A DNA stretch of 64,000 bases from NCBI RefSeq assembly GCF_006345805.1, contig NC_043006.1, positions 57,598,001 through 57,662,000 on the forward strand, written 5' to 3'. Below the pieces are notes generated by a model. That model was not told the origin of the DNA, searched no databases, and worked only from the letters and a program-made list of their open reading frames with translations. The stretch is from Octopus sinensis (lineage: Eukaryota). The translations under genes and the position numbers were made by a program. Below are positions 51,945-64,000 of the stretch, piece by piece (position 1 is the first letter of the stretch; each line of letters opens with the position of its first letter).

Positions 51945-54371
51945 CCTTCTGTCTACCAATGGGTTCAATGGACCCATTTCAGTATTTTTCAGTTACTTTT
52001 TCCTACTGTTTCTATTATTTGATTCTGCTGATTTCTCGTGACTCTTATTTCTATTGATTCTCTTTTATCTATCAAATGGGAAATTTTCCCTATGTTTATA
52101 AAAGCTAGAAAATTCCGCTTTATACATCAATTACCGTATGGGTCCATTGGACCCTCGAATTAGATTCAGACAATACTTTTGTCATTCTAAACAGATATCT
52201 AAACAGATATTTATCAGATATAGAATAGATAAAATTGTATTCAATTTCTTTGCTGAATTTTATATAAAATTATGAAAATATTCCTATAAATTTGTGTGGT
52301 AATGCATCACCTTCAATCTGCTAGGTTATAGGGTGATTCAATATTTCTATATGATGACGCAATCCTTGCAATATATTGCATCATCTTTCAGGAGAGTATA
52401 AATATGTGAGAGAGCAATATCTGCATTTGGTCTGCTATCAAGCTTCATATAGTTCAGTTGTGCTTTCCAATATGCCTAGACCTGAAAACTTGAGTGAAGA
52501 CCAAATATTGAAAAGGTTATTGGAATTAGATGATGAATGGGAAGAAGATAGCAGTTATTCCTTCTATTGTTCTGAAGATGATGGTGAATGTGATTGTATG
52601 TTGCACAGTTTAGGTTCTGTGTCATCAGATGAGGAAGATACTAAAAAAAAAAAATTATCTGCAAGCCACCCAATTATGAATGAGCGATATATTTCTAAAG
52701 ACAGACAAGAAGTTTGGCATTCTAATCATCTTACTCAAGCAGCAGTAAGAACTTCATCTTGCAATATCGTGCGCCAAGAATGAAGACCATCCCGTTTTAC
52801 TAAAAGGTCATGCGATAGCATTCAAACATGTTTTACTATCTTTATGCGCCAGAATCTTCTTGAAGTAATTCGTAAACGGACAAATGATGAAGGTCAGGTT
52901 GTTTACAAAGATAAATGGAAGGAAATTGACCACTCTGAACTAAAGAAATTTATTAGGTGTTTATAAATCTAAACATGAAAATGTCACACAGTTATGGAGT
53001 CAAGAAGGTGGTCACCTTCAACAAAATTATGAGCCGGGGAAGATTTCAACAGATTTTACAAGTATTGCGTCTTTGATGATGCTAGTGCAAGAAGAAAAAA
53101 AGAGAAGTGATGATAAATTGGAGCCAATAAGAGAAGTATTTGAAATGTGGAATCAAAATTTGCAAGATGGATATGTTCCAAGTTCATGCATGACAGCTGA
53201 TGAACAATTAGCTTCATTCAGAGGACGCTGCCCATTCCGGGTACATATTCCTTCAAAACCAGGGAAATATGAAATTAAAATTTGGGCAATATGCGACAGT
53301 GAAACATCTTATGCCTGGAAAATGCAAATCTACACTGGAAAAGACCCAGTAAAAAGGGCAGAGACAAAACAAGGCTCAAGAGTTGTTGAAGACCTAGTAA
53401 AAGAACTTTAAAATACTGGTCGCAATATAATTTGTGATAATGTTTTTACAAGTCTAGGATTGGCTCGAAAGCTGCTTAGCAAGAAAACTACTTTAGTCGG
53501 AACAATTAGAAAGAACAGAGTTGAACTTCCAAGTGCTTTCACAAATGGAAAAGTAAGAGAAATCAACAGCATAATATTTGGATTTCAAAAGGATTCTATT
53601 ATCCTATCTTATTGCCCCAAGAAAAATTATGTAGTCACACTCAGTTTTCAATTGATTCAAAAAGTGCTGAAAAGAAACCTGAAGTTATTACATGTCACAA
53701 CAAAACAAAAGCGGGAGTAGATACCCTAGATAAGATGGTAAGGACATACACTTGCAAAAGAATGACCCGAAGATGGCATATGGTTATATTATACAACATG
53801 ATTGATATAAGTGCAGTGAATGCTTTCATTGTTGCTAAACAGCTTCACTTGCAAAGTTTCTAGGATAAAAGAAGACAGTGCCTAATTCAGTTAAGAGAGG
53901 AGCTTGCTGGAGTTAATGCTAAGCAAGAAAGTGATAAACAATCTTCTAGTTCCGCTAACGTTTTTCAACCAAAAATGAAAAGAAGACGATCTTCAGCCTC
54001 ATTTGAGATTCCTCAGCCAAAGAAAAAAGGAAGATGTTCTTTGTGTGGCCTAAAAAACAGACAGGAAAACTTGTGCTACATGTAAGAATTGTAATATCCA
54101 TGTTTGCCAAGAACATTCCAATGGTGTCTACATTTATGAAGAGCTGTGGTTCTGTATTTTTGTAATTTTTGATTTATATTATATTCTGTAAGTTGTATTT
54201 TTTTAAAATTAAATTTTGTGAGAAACGGTAATTCTTCATTCACCTGATAGAATATATAATATAGCTAAGAAATAGTGGTAGTTTGAATAAAATTTAATTA
54301 AAAGAAAAATATTGAGTCCATTGGACCCAGTTGGTAATTAGTGACATTCATTTTCTCAGGTAGACCAAGGG
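51945..54371 (+). mobile_element. piggyBac transposon (decayed, near full length)
   Basis: Right end GGTAGACCAAGGG|TTAA, degenerate left TIR (T)AAACCTTCTGTCTACC, and subterminal GGGTCCATTGGACCC-type repeats at both ends. Confidence 0.85.
52472..54140 (+). pseudogene. piggyBac transposase pseudogene
   Basis: Acidic N-terminus MPRPENLSEDQILKRLLELDDE, TADEQLASFRGRCPFRVHIPSKPGKYEIKIWAICD, DNVFTS, YNKTKAGVDTLD-like segment, MTRRWHMVILYNMIDISAVNAF and a C-terminal Cys-rich tail. Several stops and frameshifts. Confidence 0.9.
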
Positions 54372-55984
54372 TTAATACGCAAAAACAAGCGCCTCCTTCC
54401 AGCCTTGCACTGAATCAAGGAACGAAGGCCACAAGGACATACTTCAGTGGAGACATACAATCTGGTCTCCTGCAATATTTCAAAGACATTGTTACTAGCA
54501 ATCGTGTTCCTCGTCTCTTTTTCACACAGCTAAAACCTTAAAATGTATTGCAAACATTAGGTTTCAAAATCTGTGATGTCAGCCCCGCAAATATACAGTC
54601 ACTGCAATTTTATCACAAAATTAAATGAATAAAGAATATTAATCTCTTAGAGTCAAAAATACATCGGCCTTCATCAGTTGTTGGTTCTCTACAAAGCTGA
54701 AGTAAGATACATCATGGGGTACAGTTCACATATGACAGTTATTATATGTAATAGTGCTTTTGTTATGAGGAAAATTAATCAACAATTAGTACAGTTAGAA
54801 TAGTTAAGTCACCTTCTAAGGATCCAGCACTAATTATCGAAATAAAATGGTGATATTGTTTTCAAATTACAGCAAATGTTAAATGAATGGACCGATCCTC
54901 TATTTCTTTTTTACGATCTCATAAAAATGGATACAAAAATAACTTCCTTATTATTGCTGTGTATCCCCCAGGTCAGCCGTGATCGCTCAGTCCTATGACA
55001 TACTGCTGGTTAAGTGAACGACGAGGTGCATCCCATAAATCCTTGTTCCCAGTTACACTATGTCTACCTGTAGTTGAGTTCCATATTGCATACTCCCATA
55101 TGTAGTCATGAACAGTATGGTGATGATGTACAGTGAAATAGTTTTCACATCTTGCATTGTTTCTATTGCCAGGTAAATTTCACAGGATGTGGCCAAGGTA
55201 GACTTAGTTTGAATATTACACTTGCTGCTCCCTTGCACTTGTTGTTCATAGTATGTGTAGCAGTCTAGTGTCTGAATCCAGTGAGAGTATGGATGTTGTG
55301 GCTATTTCCTTATCCATGTCTAGGATAAATGAAAGAATATGTTTTGTTGTTGCTGTTGTTGTTGGTGGTGGCGTTGTAGTGCTCTGGGGTGTAGTATATG
55401 TGTCCAGGTACTTGAAGGAAATTTATCATGTAGTGACAGTGACCGTGGGGGTTAAAAATATATACTATTCTTCGGTGGTGTCGGTGATCTGTGGATCTGT
55501 GGCTCCAGGGAAATCTAGAAGTTCTTGATGGATCTAATGTTTACTGTTCCTTCTTTTTGGTCAAATATGGTAACTCTGACTGTTCTACTTATATTTGTAA
55601 TCCAATTTTGCCTTCTTTTACATAATTATAAAATGAAATAACTCTTTGGGATACTTCTACCCTTTCATATTTCATAAATGGATAGGCTAAGCATATAGTT
55701 ATAAATTACGACCACGTTATACTGGAGACAAAAAGTAACTTGACTGTTATTGTTATATAGCCCAAATCAGCCGTGATTACTCAGTCCTATGGTACGCAGG
55801 TGACTGATCGACGCGGCATGACCCATAAACCAATGTGCCTAGTTACATCAAATAAATTCATAAATTTGACAAAAGTGAAACTCGTTCAAAAGTTCTCCGC
55901 CAGCGCTAACAACTTCGCCTCTAACTCTATATTTATGCTTTCAACAAAGATAATCTCAAACCCAACTATATGCGCCATCGGAGG

Positions 55985-56485
55985 AGGAGACCCCCTTCGG
56001 TCATGAATGACCATGGGATTGCACCTAGAAAGTTGTCTTCCGAGGCACAACTCCGGGCAAGGTTGTTTTGTGGAAGGCCAGCAGTCGCCCATGCATACTA
56101 GCCTCCCCTCTCCACGCCACCAGTGTTATCGAAGGGAAAGGCAAAGGCTGATACTGCTTGGCACCAGTGATGTCGCGATCACTTTCACCATAATGTGTGT
56201 TGTGAATGCTGTAGAGATGCTATACGTAGCACCCTGTATGTGTGTGCGGTATGTGTGAGCTGGCAGAAACGTTAGCATGCCGGGCGAATTGCTTAGCGGT
56301 ATTTCGTCTGTCGCTTCGTTCTGAGTTCAAATTCCGCCGAGGTCGACTTTGCCTTCCATCCTTTAGGGGTCGATAAATTAAATACCAGTTACGCACCGGG
56401 GTCGATGTAATCGACTTAATACCTATGTCTGTCCTTGTTTGTCCGCTCTGTGTTTAGCCCCTTGTGGATAATAAAGAAATAGGTA
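55985..56485. mobile_element. Family D repeat (~55985-56180) and family B SINE (+, ~56257-56485)
   Basis: Matches to 8690-8876 and to the other B copies. Confidence 0.8.
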
Positions 56486-56489
56486 TGTC

Positions 56490-57600
56490 TATATTGCTGA
56501 GTGTGATGGTTGGTTCTATACGATGTTCTCTAATGTTGTTGGTAACAAGGGAGGCAATGGATTTGATAGGTAGCGCTTTAAGACTGTCGTAGAACCAGGT
56601 TTCCGGGTGACTTAAGGAGATTAAGGATCGTTGTGCCAAAAGTCTTTGGAGAATTTCGAAAGAGTGAGTATGATGCCATCGATGTATGAGGATGTCCTTA
56701 TGTTTTATTATTGCAACATTGGGTGAAGTTTGACAGTCGTTGTTGTTGTTGATGCCTATTACTCTACATAATATTTTACTGTTTATTCTGTTGTTCAAGC
56801 TTGACACAAATGTCTTTCTGGATTTTTTTATCGTTTAATAGCAGTATCGCCCGGCGTTGCTCGGGTTTGTAAGGGAAATAACTATAAAGCATTTTTAGAG
56901 AGTTATAGCCAAAAATAGAAAAAAAATGATGGTAAATTTTTTTTTTAGTTAAAAAGGTCGAGTTGCGTCCCCATGACAGTCTGTGGTTTGTGTTTCTGAT
57001 TCTCGACCCCATGTCGAATTTATCGATTTTTTTCAGAACTGGGGGAACTTTTCAAAATTTTCGCTGCGTTAGTTTTGAATTATGACATGTGTGTGTCAAG
57101 TTTCATCAGAATCGGTTGAAAGCCGTGGTCAGGGTGAGGGTACAACCTAACAGACACACAGAAACACACACAGACAAACTGCCGTTTATATATAGAGAGA
57201 TTATTTACGTTCTATCCTTGTTTTGTTGTTTGACATTGAAATTTCTTTGTTTGTGCTTTTAGGTCAATTGTGCTTGAAACTGGCTCAAGTTTCTTTTGCG
57301 ATTAGATATCTCGTGTTTTGCAATTTTTGTTCTACCTTTTATAATTATTTTAGTGAATGAATCTACTGCAGTGTTCATGTTGGTGATTGTGGTGTTGCAA
57401 AAGCCTGATATATTTGAATATCTGAATGCTGTTTCTTGTTGGAACTCTTTACAAAAAATTAGGCAACAAAGACATAAAGAAGACGATACGGGAGGACTAA
57501 GTTTTAACAAATGTATTAGTTTAGCATTTAAAAACAAAGAAAAGAATATTGATGTTTCTGATGCTAGTCTTTCATCAGAAAAAAATTAAAGAATGTGAAA
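56490..57600 (-). mobile_element. Degenerate Penelope-like element C-terminal region
   Basis: Segments such as YSNISGFCNTTITNMNTAV and DCQTSPNVAII...THSF resemble the RT-to-GIY-YIG part of Penelope-like elements. Heavily decayed. Confidence 0.45.
56838..57200 (-). mobile_element. Non-autonomous Helitron
   Basis: The minus strand starts TCTCTCTATATATAAA and ends with the hairpin CCCGAGCAACGCCGGG followed by a CTAG-like CTAT. Confidence 0.75.
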
Positions 57601-57852
57601 AAATGGGGTGGGGGTGGGTAAAAAGAATGAGAAAAGGTGGTTGGAAAAATGAGATTAGGGGCTAGATTAGAAAGTGAGTTCTGCTTTATTCTTTGAAGTG
57701 TGTTGTGATTATAATTGGCAGATACTCCGAGTAGAGGTGGATGATTGTTTGCCAAGTAATTGTAGAAGAAAGGAGTGCGGAACAGAAGATGAAGTCTGAG
57801 AATGAGTACTAATTGGCCCGTGGGGGGGGGTAAATTATTTAGGATGTAAAGG

Positions 57853-58097
57853 GATTACTTATTTCTTATTTCTTTATTGCCCACAAGGGGCTAAACATAG
57901 AGGGAACAGACAAGGACAGACAAAGGGATTAAGTCGATTAAATCGACCCCAATGCGTAACTGGTACTTAATTTATTGACCCCGAAAGGATGAAAGGCAAA
58001 GTCGACCTCGGCGGAATTTGAACTCAGAACGCAGCGGCGGACGAAATACCACAAAGCATTTCGCCCGGCGTGCTAACGATTCTGCCAGCTCGCCGCC
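57853..58097 (-). mobile_element. Family B SINE with TSD
   Basis: TTAGGATGTAAAGG at 57839 and 58098. Confidence 0.95.
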
Positions 58098-58357
58098 TTA
58101 GGATGTAAAGGAGTAACTTGGTTATGGTTAGTAGCGATGGGCAATGAATTTGAATCGTTTTAGTAGTAAATTGGCTTGTAGAGATGTGCAGGCGCGCGAG
58201 CGTATGTGTGTATGCGTATGTGTGCTTGAGTTTTAATGTGAGTCATTGAGGATGTAAATGGGTAACTTGGTCATACTTTGAATAAATTTGAATTGTTGCA
58301 GTTTCGTGTCCGGTTGATTTACAAAGTTGTGAAGTTTTCCTAAATGAAGCTTAGAAC

Positions 58358-58365
58358 GTGTGTGT

Positions 58366-58451
<86 letters not shown>

Positions 58452-59212
58452 GTGTATCAGTGCATAGTCGCTTGCACATCCACGAACGTCACTACGACTA
58501 CCATCACAACCATTGCTACCAATGCCATCACACTAGTTACCATCATCATCACTTCTCCACCATCACCACCATCACCACCGCAACCATCAGCACCACCACC
58601 GCAACCACCACAACCACCACAACCACCACCACCACCACCACCGCCGCAACCACAACCACCGCAACCACCACCACCACACCACCACCACCACCACCACCAC
58701 TACCACCACCGCCACCACCACCACCACAACCACAACCACCACCACCACCATCATGCTCACGACCATCACTTCCACCTCCAACGCGACCAAAACTACTACT
58801 GCTATCTCTACCACTAAAACGAATATTATCACTTCTATTAGGCACACACCACCAACACCACGATCGCTATCATCGTCATCGTCATCATGATCATCGACAT
58901 CATGATCATCGTCATCATCATCATCATCGTCACCAAAACCATCACCCCCACCCCCACCCACAGCCATCACCATGATTATCACCATCATCACCACCACCAT
59001 CACCATCACGTCCATCACCACCACCACCACCACCACCATCATCATCATCATTATCACCATCACCACCACCACCACCACGATTATCACCATCATCAACACC
59101 AGCATGATCATCATCCTTGTCACCGCCACCACGACCATCAACATCACTACCACCACCACCACCTCCTCCACCACCACCACCACCACCACCACTATCATTC
59201 ATGAATATCTTA
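58358..59212. repeat. (GT)n followed by a compound (CAC/CAT/CAA)n microsatellite
   Basis: Source of the poly-H/P/T/V ORFs. Confidence 0.95.
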
Positions 59213-59464
59213 ATTAGTTTCATGGCTCATGATAAAAAGGTCATCAAGGTCAAATGAGCGATAGAGACAAAGTTACCCACATACACCCCCTCTTTCCTCC
59301 TCTTCCTCGATCATACGCATACATAAAACTCATACATATTTACATACACACTCCTAACACATATACATACCTCACGTATACCACACACCTCACATACATG
59401 CGCACATCATATATACATGCATATCACATTTAGGAGCAGGCGCAGGCGCGGCACAAGTAGTACG

Positions 59465-59820
59465 AAGGCGGGAAGCTGGCAGAATCGTTAGCACACCGGG
59501 CGAAATGCTTAGCAGTATTTCCCCTGCCGTTATGTTCTGAGTTCAAATTCTGCCGAGGTCGACTTTGCCTTTCATCCTTTCGGGGTCGATAAATTAAGTA
59601 CCAGTTACGTACTGAGGTCGATGTATTCGACTTAATACCTATGTCTGTCCTTGTTTGTCCTCTCTGTGTTTAGCCCCTTGTGAGTAGTAAAGAAATAGGT
59701 ATTTCGTCTGCCGCTACGTTCTGAGTTCAAATTCCGCCGAGGTCGACTTTGCCTTTCATCCTTTCGGGGTCGATTAAATAAATACCAGTTACGCACTGGG
59801 GTCGATATAATCGACGTAAT
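59465..59820 (+). mobile_element. Dimeric family B SINE
   Basis: Same internal restart AAATAGGTATTTCGTCTGCCG as the 22642-23033 copy. Confidence 0.9.
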
Positions 59821-60509
59821 CCGTCGATTTGCTCAACTAAAGGCGGTGCTCCAGCATGGCCACAGTCACATGACTGAATCAAGAGAGTATAGCATAAAGA
59901 TGTAATTTGTGACGCCGAATCCGAATTTCTTATTCATTTATTCCAGAAAAATATTGCGAAAATGTTACAAATGTTCAAAGTTTGATGATTTTTATAATTA
60001 TCAGCCAATCAAAAAACTGTGTTCGCTGGCTCTTCCATTATCTGTCACAGTAGCGAGAGGGTGGAAGGGCGAAAACAAACAAATATCCATATATGTTTGT
60101 TGGTTACACTCCTTGGTTACTATGGAAACAGGGTTCTTTGCTTACAGAACTTTACAGTGGTGTGGAAAATACTCGCTTCTGATTGGCTAAGATACCCAAA
60201 TTTTGCAATCTTTAAAGGATAATAACTTTTTAATCATAAATTTATAAGAAAAATTGTTTTCATCTTCATAGTTAGTATACAAAACTTGGTCCATAAAAAG
60301 TCTGAAAACAATTGGAGCAAAATTGGAGACAGTGATACAAACCACAAAGATCTGGCTAAAGACAAAAAAAAAAGAAAGAAAAAGAGAGAACCGGACTCGA
60401 TTTATTCGACTAAAAATTCTTCAAAGCGGTGTTTCAGTCTTATGAGTAAAACAGGTAAAAAATATAAAAACAGAAAAAGATGTGCAAACACTTCATACAC
60501 ATATAGGTG

Positions 60510-60614
60510 TAGGTTCGGTCCCATAGCGTGGCATCTTGGTCAAGTGTCTTCTACAATAGCCTCGGGCAGAGCCTTGTGAGTGGATTTGGTTGGCGGAACT
60601 GGAAGAAGCCCGTC

Positions 60615-60660
<46 letters not shown>

Positions 60661-60870
60661 ACATGTGTGTGTGTGTCCACCCACCATCGCTTGACAACCG
60701 TTTCTGGTGTGTTTATGCCCCCGTAACTTAGTAGTTCGGCAAAAGTGACCGATAGAATAAGTGCTAGGCTTACAAAGAGTAAGTCCTGGGGTCGATTTCT
60801 TCTACTAGAAACGCTTTAAGGCGGTGCCACAGCATGGCCGCAGTCAAATGACTGAAACAAGTAAAAGAAT
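60510..60870 (+). mobile_element. Family A SINE (plus orientation)
   Basis: CATCTTGGTCAAGTGTCTTCT...GACTGAAACAAGTAAAAGA. Confidence 0.85.
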
Positions 60871-61599
60871 AAAAGAATATATACACCTCATATATACACG
60901 CACCCCACGCACATATATGTACACTTCATATATACACACATTTCGTGTACACACATTCCTCATAAATACATACACCTTACATATAGACACACATCTCATA
61001 CTTATATACATACATCATACACATCGCACACATACGCACACATTATATCCAATCTTAACATACTTAGACACAACTCGAACAATTGAGACTATCTATATGC
61101 AGTCACTCAGACTGATAGAAATACCAGCCAAATGTTCCGCTAACCACACTGCAGTGTCATAAAGAATTCAAGGATACATTGGATAATGACTTACAAGACA
61201 GTTGTATGGGGAATCTGTACATCTCCGTGATTAGCTAAGTGAACTATACTAATTAGTATAAATGAGCATGCGCAGAACAGTTTAAGAAGAGTGTCATATG
61301 CGCTTGGAGGATTTTTGGTTGTACTAAGGTATTGGTGTTTCAAAACTAATGTTGTAAACTGTTGCCTGCTTAGTAGGGGTTTTGTTGAAACTGTGCTTAC
61401 ACCTACAGGGGAAGGATTTGAATCCGTGCTGCTTTGTTTTCATGAACTGTAGCCTGTTTCAGACTTGTTTGAATTGTGTTCCTTCCTCTACAGTATTTGA
61501 ACTGTTCACCTCTCTTGTGCGAGATAAATTTATTTAAATTTCCATTGAAGAGAATTAATTTTTTGGAAAAAAAAATGCCAATTTGTTTTATAATACCAG

Positions 61600-62330
61600 T
61601 CGAAATCATCAACGAATGGATGACTATAGAAGAGGTACCAAATATGGTAGGTACAGCTAGCTTTGCAGCGGCAGCCGCAGTGCAAAATGGATCTTTGAAG
61701 ATACCAAGAACAGAATATCAGGCATTTTACGGGATGTTGTCGGTGAACGGAGAAGACGTCCGCATCACCGCACCGAGTGAAATAACAATTCGGACGAACA
61801 AAATAATCGTGTACAAATCTTACGCTTTGGAAAATAAAATAATAAAAAATATACCAGTGGAGAAGATCGAAAATTACATATATGGCTCGAGGCAAAAAGT
61901 TTGCCGCTGTGTAGGTACGTTTCATAAACGAAGAAAAGGCTTGCGAGCACTCGATACAAACCCTAAGGACAGACGAGGTGGTACTTCTGCCTGCATATCT
62001 GGGACGAAGAATGTTCCAGATAAAATGCAAGAAGTGCCATCTAAGATAGACTTCGCCTGAGCGGTGACGGTTCTGTGCAAAGCATGAAAATAAAAAATCA
62101 ACATCTTGCAAATCACTAGATCTGCCCCCACAGAACTGGCTAGAGCAGAGCGTAGAAATGTTGATTCAGGCGACACCATGGGACTTGGAGGAGATCCCTG
62201 ATAGGATGCACGTGGGTGAAGTAGTGTTGAAAATTCAAGTCGAGGGGAGGAAACCTCGTTGTTTCAAATATGGTCAGAAGGGCCACTTAAGAGCAAAGTG
62301 TGGTCCTTCTACTACAGAAAATACCATGAA
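61600..62330 (+). pseudogene. Non-LTR retrotransposon ORF1/gag-like remnant
   Basis: Interrupted frames ending EIPDRMHVGEVVLKIQVEGRKPRCFKYGQKGHLRAKC, a degenerate CCHC knuckle. Confidence 0.65.
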
Positions 62331-62442
62331 TCGGTTTGGTACAGATTGGATGGAGACATTTAATTTGTGGGATTTGTCCATAAGTTACGGAGATGTACTT
62401 GCATAGCAAGTGATTTGATCTGAGATCGTGTGCTGAAAGGAA

Positions 62443-62747
62443 AACAATTGCAGCGTGAAAGGTGTTTGTAAGCCATTTAAGAAACACACAAAAGCCGTTC
62501 GATTCACTTCAACATTTAAGTTTAATTGTCAAAATATTTTCGTCGCTTTAAGATCGCGACCTGTACATATATATAACGAACTAACTGTTACTTTCTCAGA
62601 TGCAGCACGTATTTTTGTCAGTGAACAGGTCGCGATCTTAAAGCGACGAGAATATTTTGACAAATTAAACTTAAATATTGAAGTGAATCGAACGGCTTTT
62701 GTGTGTTTCTTAAATGGCATACAAACACCTTCTACGCTGCAATTGTT
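62443..62747. mobile_element. MITE with ~122-bp TIRs and a 60-bp spacer
   Basis: 62443-62564 is the near-perfect reverse complement of 62625-62747. Confidence 0.9.
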
Positions 62748-62799
62748 GTGTCCATAAGTATTTTCTGTAATAATGTGAATGCGTCGCACGCCAGTTAAA

Positions 62800-64000
62800 A
62801 ATGAAGTTAAAAGAATGTATCCTGATGTTTTTCAGAAAAACTCGGTACATGTACGAAGACAAAAGTGAAACTCCGCATAAAAGAAAATGCCGTTCCAGTT
62901 TTTAAACCAAAGGGAGCTGTGCCTTTTGCGGCACTGAATCAAGTAGAAAAAGAATTGAAAAGACTTGAGAATATTGGTGTAATACAAAAGATTAAACTAT
63001 TCCGAATGGGTAGCATAAATAGTGTACATAAAAAAACAGAAAAAGAACAAAATAAGGGTCTGCGCTGATTTTTCGGCGGGGTTTGATGATTGTCTGAAAA
63101 CTTATAACTATCCGTTACCAAGCCCAGAGGAGATTTTTGCCAAGCTTAATGGAGGCAAACTCCTTTCTAATCTGGATTTATCGGAAGCTTATTTATAGCT
63201 GCAGATAGACGAAGAATGTTCCAAGCTGTTAACGATAAACACGCACAAAGGGTTATACAAATTTAACCGACTTCCTTTCGGAATAAAAATTGCACCTGCA
63301 ATTCTTCAACAGATTATGGATGCAATATTAGCAGACTGAATTCGCATTTCCATACCTGGATGATATATTAAATAAAAGTGAATCTCGTGATCAGCATATC
63401 GAGCAAGTAAAGTGTGCTTTTGAAAAAATAAGAGATTACCGTTTCACATTGAGTGAGGAAAAATATGAATTTTTCTTACCTGAAATTAAGTATTTAGCAC
63501 AAATTACCGACAGGAATAGACAACGACCGGACTCATGGAAGGCAGACGCAATTAAAGATATGCGTCTTCCAACTAATATATCAACCTTACAAGCTTTTCT
63601 AGGTCTTTCGAATTACTATCAAATGTATATTCCAAGAATGCATGAGCTAAGAGCACCTTTAAACAAACTGCTGTAAAAGATGTGAAATCGTTTTGGACTG
63701 ACGAATGCTAAAAAGCATTCGAAGAGAGAGATTAAAAAGATGTTAACGTCAGAGCTATCTCTAGCATATTTTAATCCGAAACTAAAAATAATTGTAGCAT
63801 CAGATGCTAACGAGTCTGGGGTCGGAGCAGTAATCCTACATAAGTTGGGTAATGGTAACGTAAAAACCGATCGCACATGTGTTACGTGCATTACTATCGG
63901 CGGAAAAAATTACAGCCAGATAGAGAAAGAGATACTAGCCATTACCTTTGCAGTGAAGAGATTTCATAAATTCTTGCACGGCAGAAAATTTACCTTACAG
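62800..64000 (+). pseudogene. Gypsy LTR-retrotransposon pol remnant (RT and RNase H), truncated by the window end
   Basis: YPLPSPEEIFAKLNGG..LDLSEAY..LTINTHKGLYKFNRLPFGIKIAPAILQ..YLDDIL..LQAFLGLSNYY..IVASDA..YSQIEKEILAITFAVKRFHKFLHGRKF, with stops and frameshifts. Confidence 0.92.

Noticed and set aside
54926-54975. MDTKITSLLLLCIPQ|GTCAGC as a signal exon
   Set aside because: The donor is the start of a dispersed repeat (CCCAGGTCAGCCGTGATCG-type, similar at ~55765), and it is phase 0.

Overview
AT-rich, microsatellite-saturated, repeat-dominated eukaryotic DNA. The SINE families and (TA)n/(CA)n/(TAT)n load look like an Octopus (cephalopod) genome; this is inferred from recognisable repeats, not searched. 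Most ORFs in the supplied track are microsatellite translations or transposon debris: R4/Dong, RTE, CR1 and Penelope retroelements, mariner/Tc1, Tigger, piggyBac, Helitron, Gypsy, MITEs and several tRNA-derived SINE families. The one well-supported host gene is absent from the ORF track because it is spliced. It is a two-exon gene on the + strand for a small secreted six-cysteine beta-defensin-fold-like peptide. Exon 1 (1001-1061) encodes a signal peptide and ends in a phase-1 GT donor. Exon 2 begins at 6989 and encodes C-x6-C-x7-C-x8-C-x6-CC. Exon 2 is tandemly duplicated: copy A has a 1-nt deletion and copy B (7266-7385) is intact. Much weaker mini-gene or pseudogene candidates with Cys-rich or signal-peptide-like content lie near 18.6, 20.5, 24.8, 31.2 and 36.9-37.2 kb. 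Other structures are a perfect 37-bp hairpin, a foldback element with a 32-bp x4 array, a ~484-bp triplication, an inverted LINE duplication, and minimal hammerhead-ribozyme-like motifs in Penelope-type repeats. Indel-rich differences between near-identical copies suggest residual long-read errors, so frameshifts should be checked against reads.
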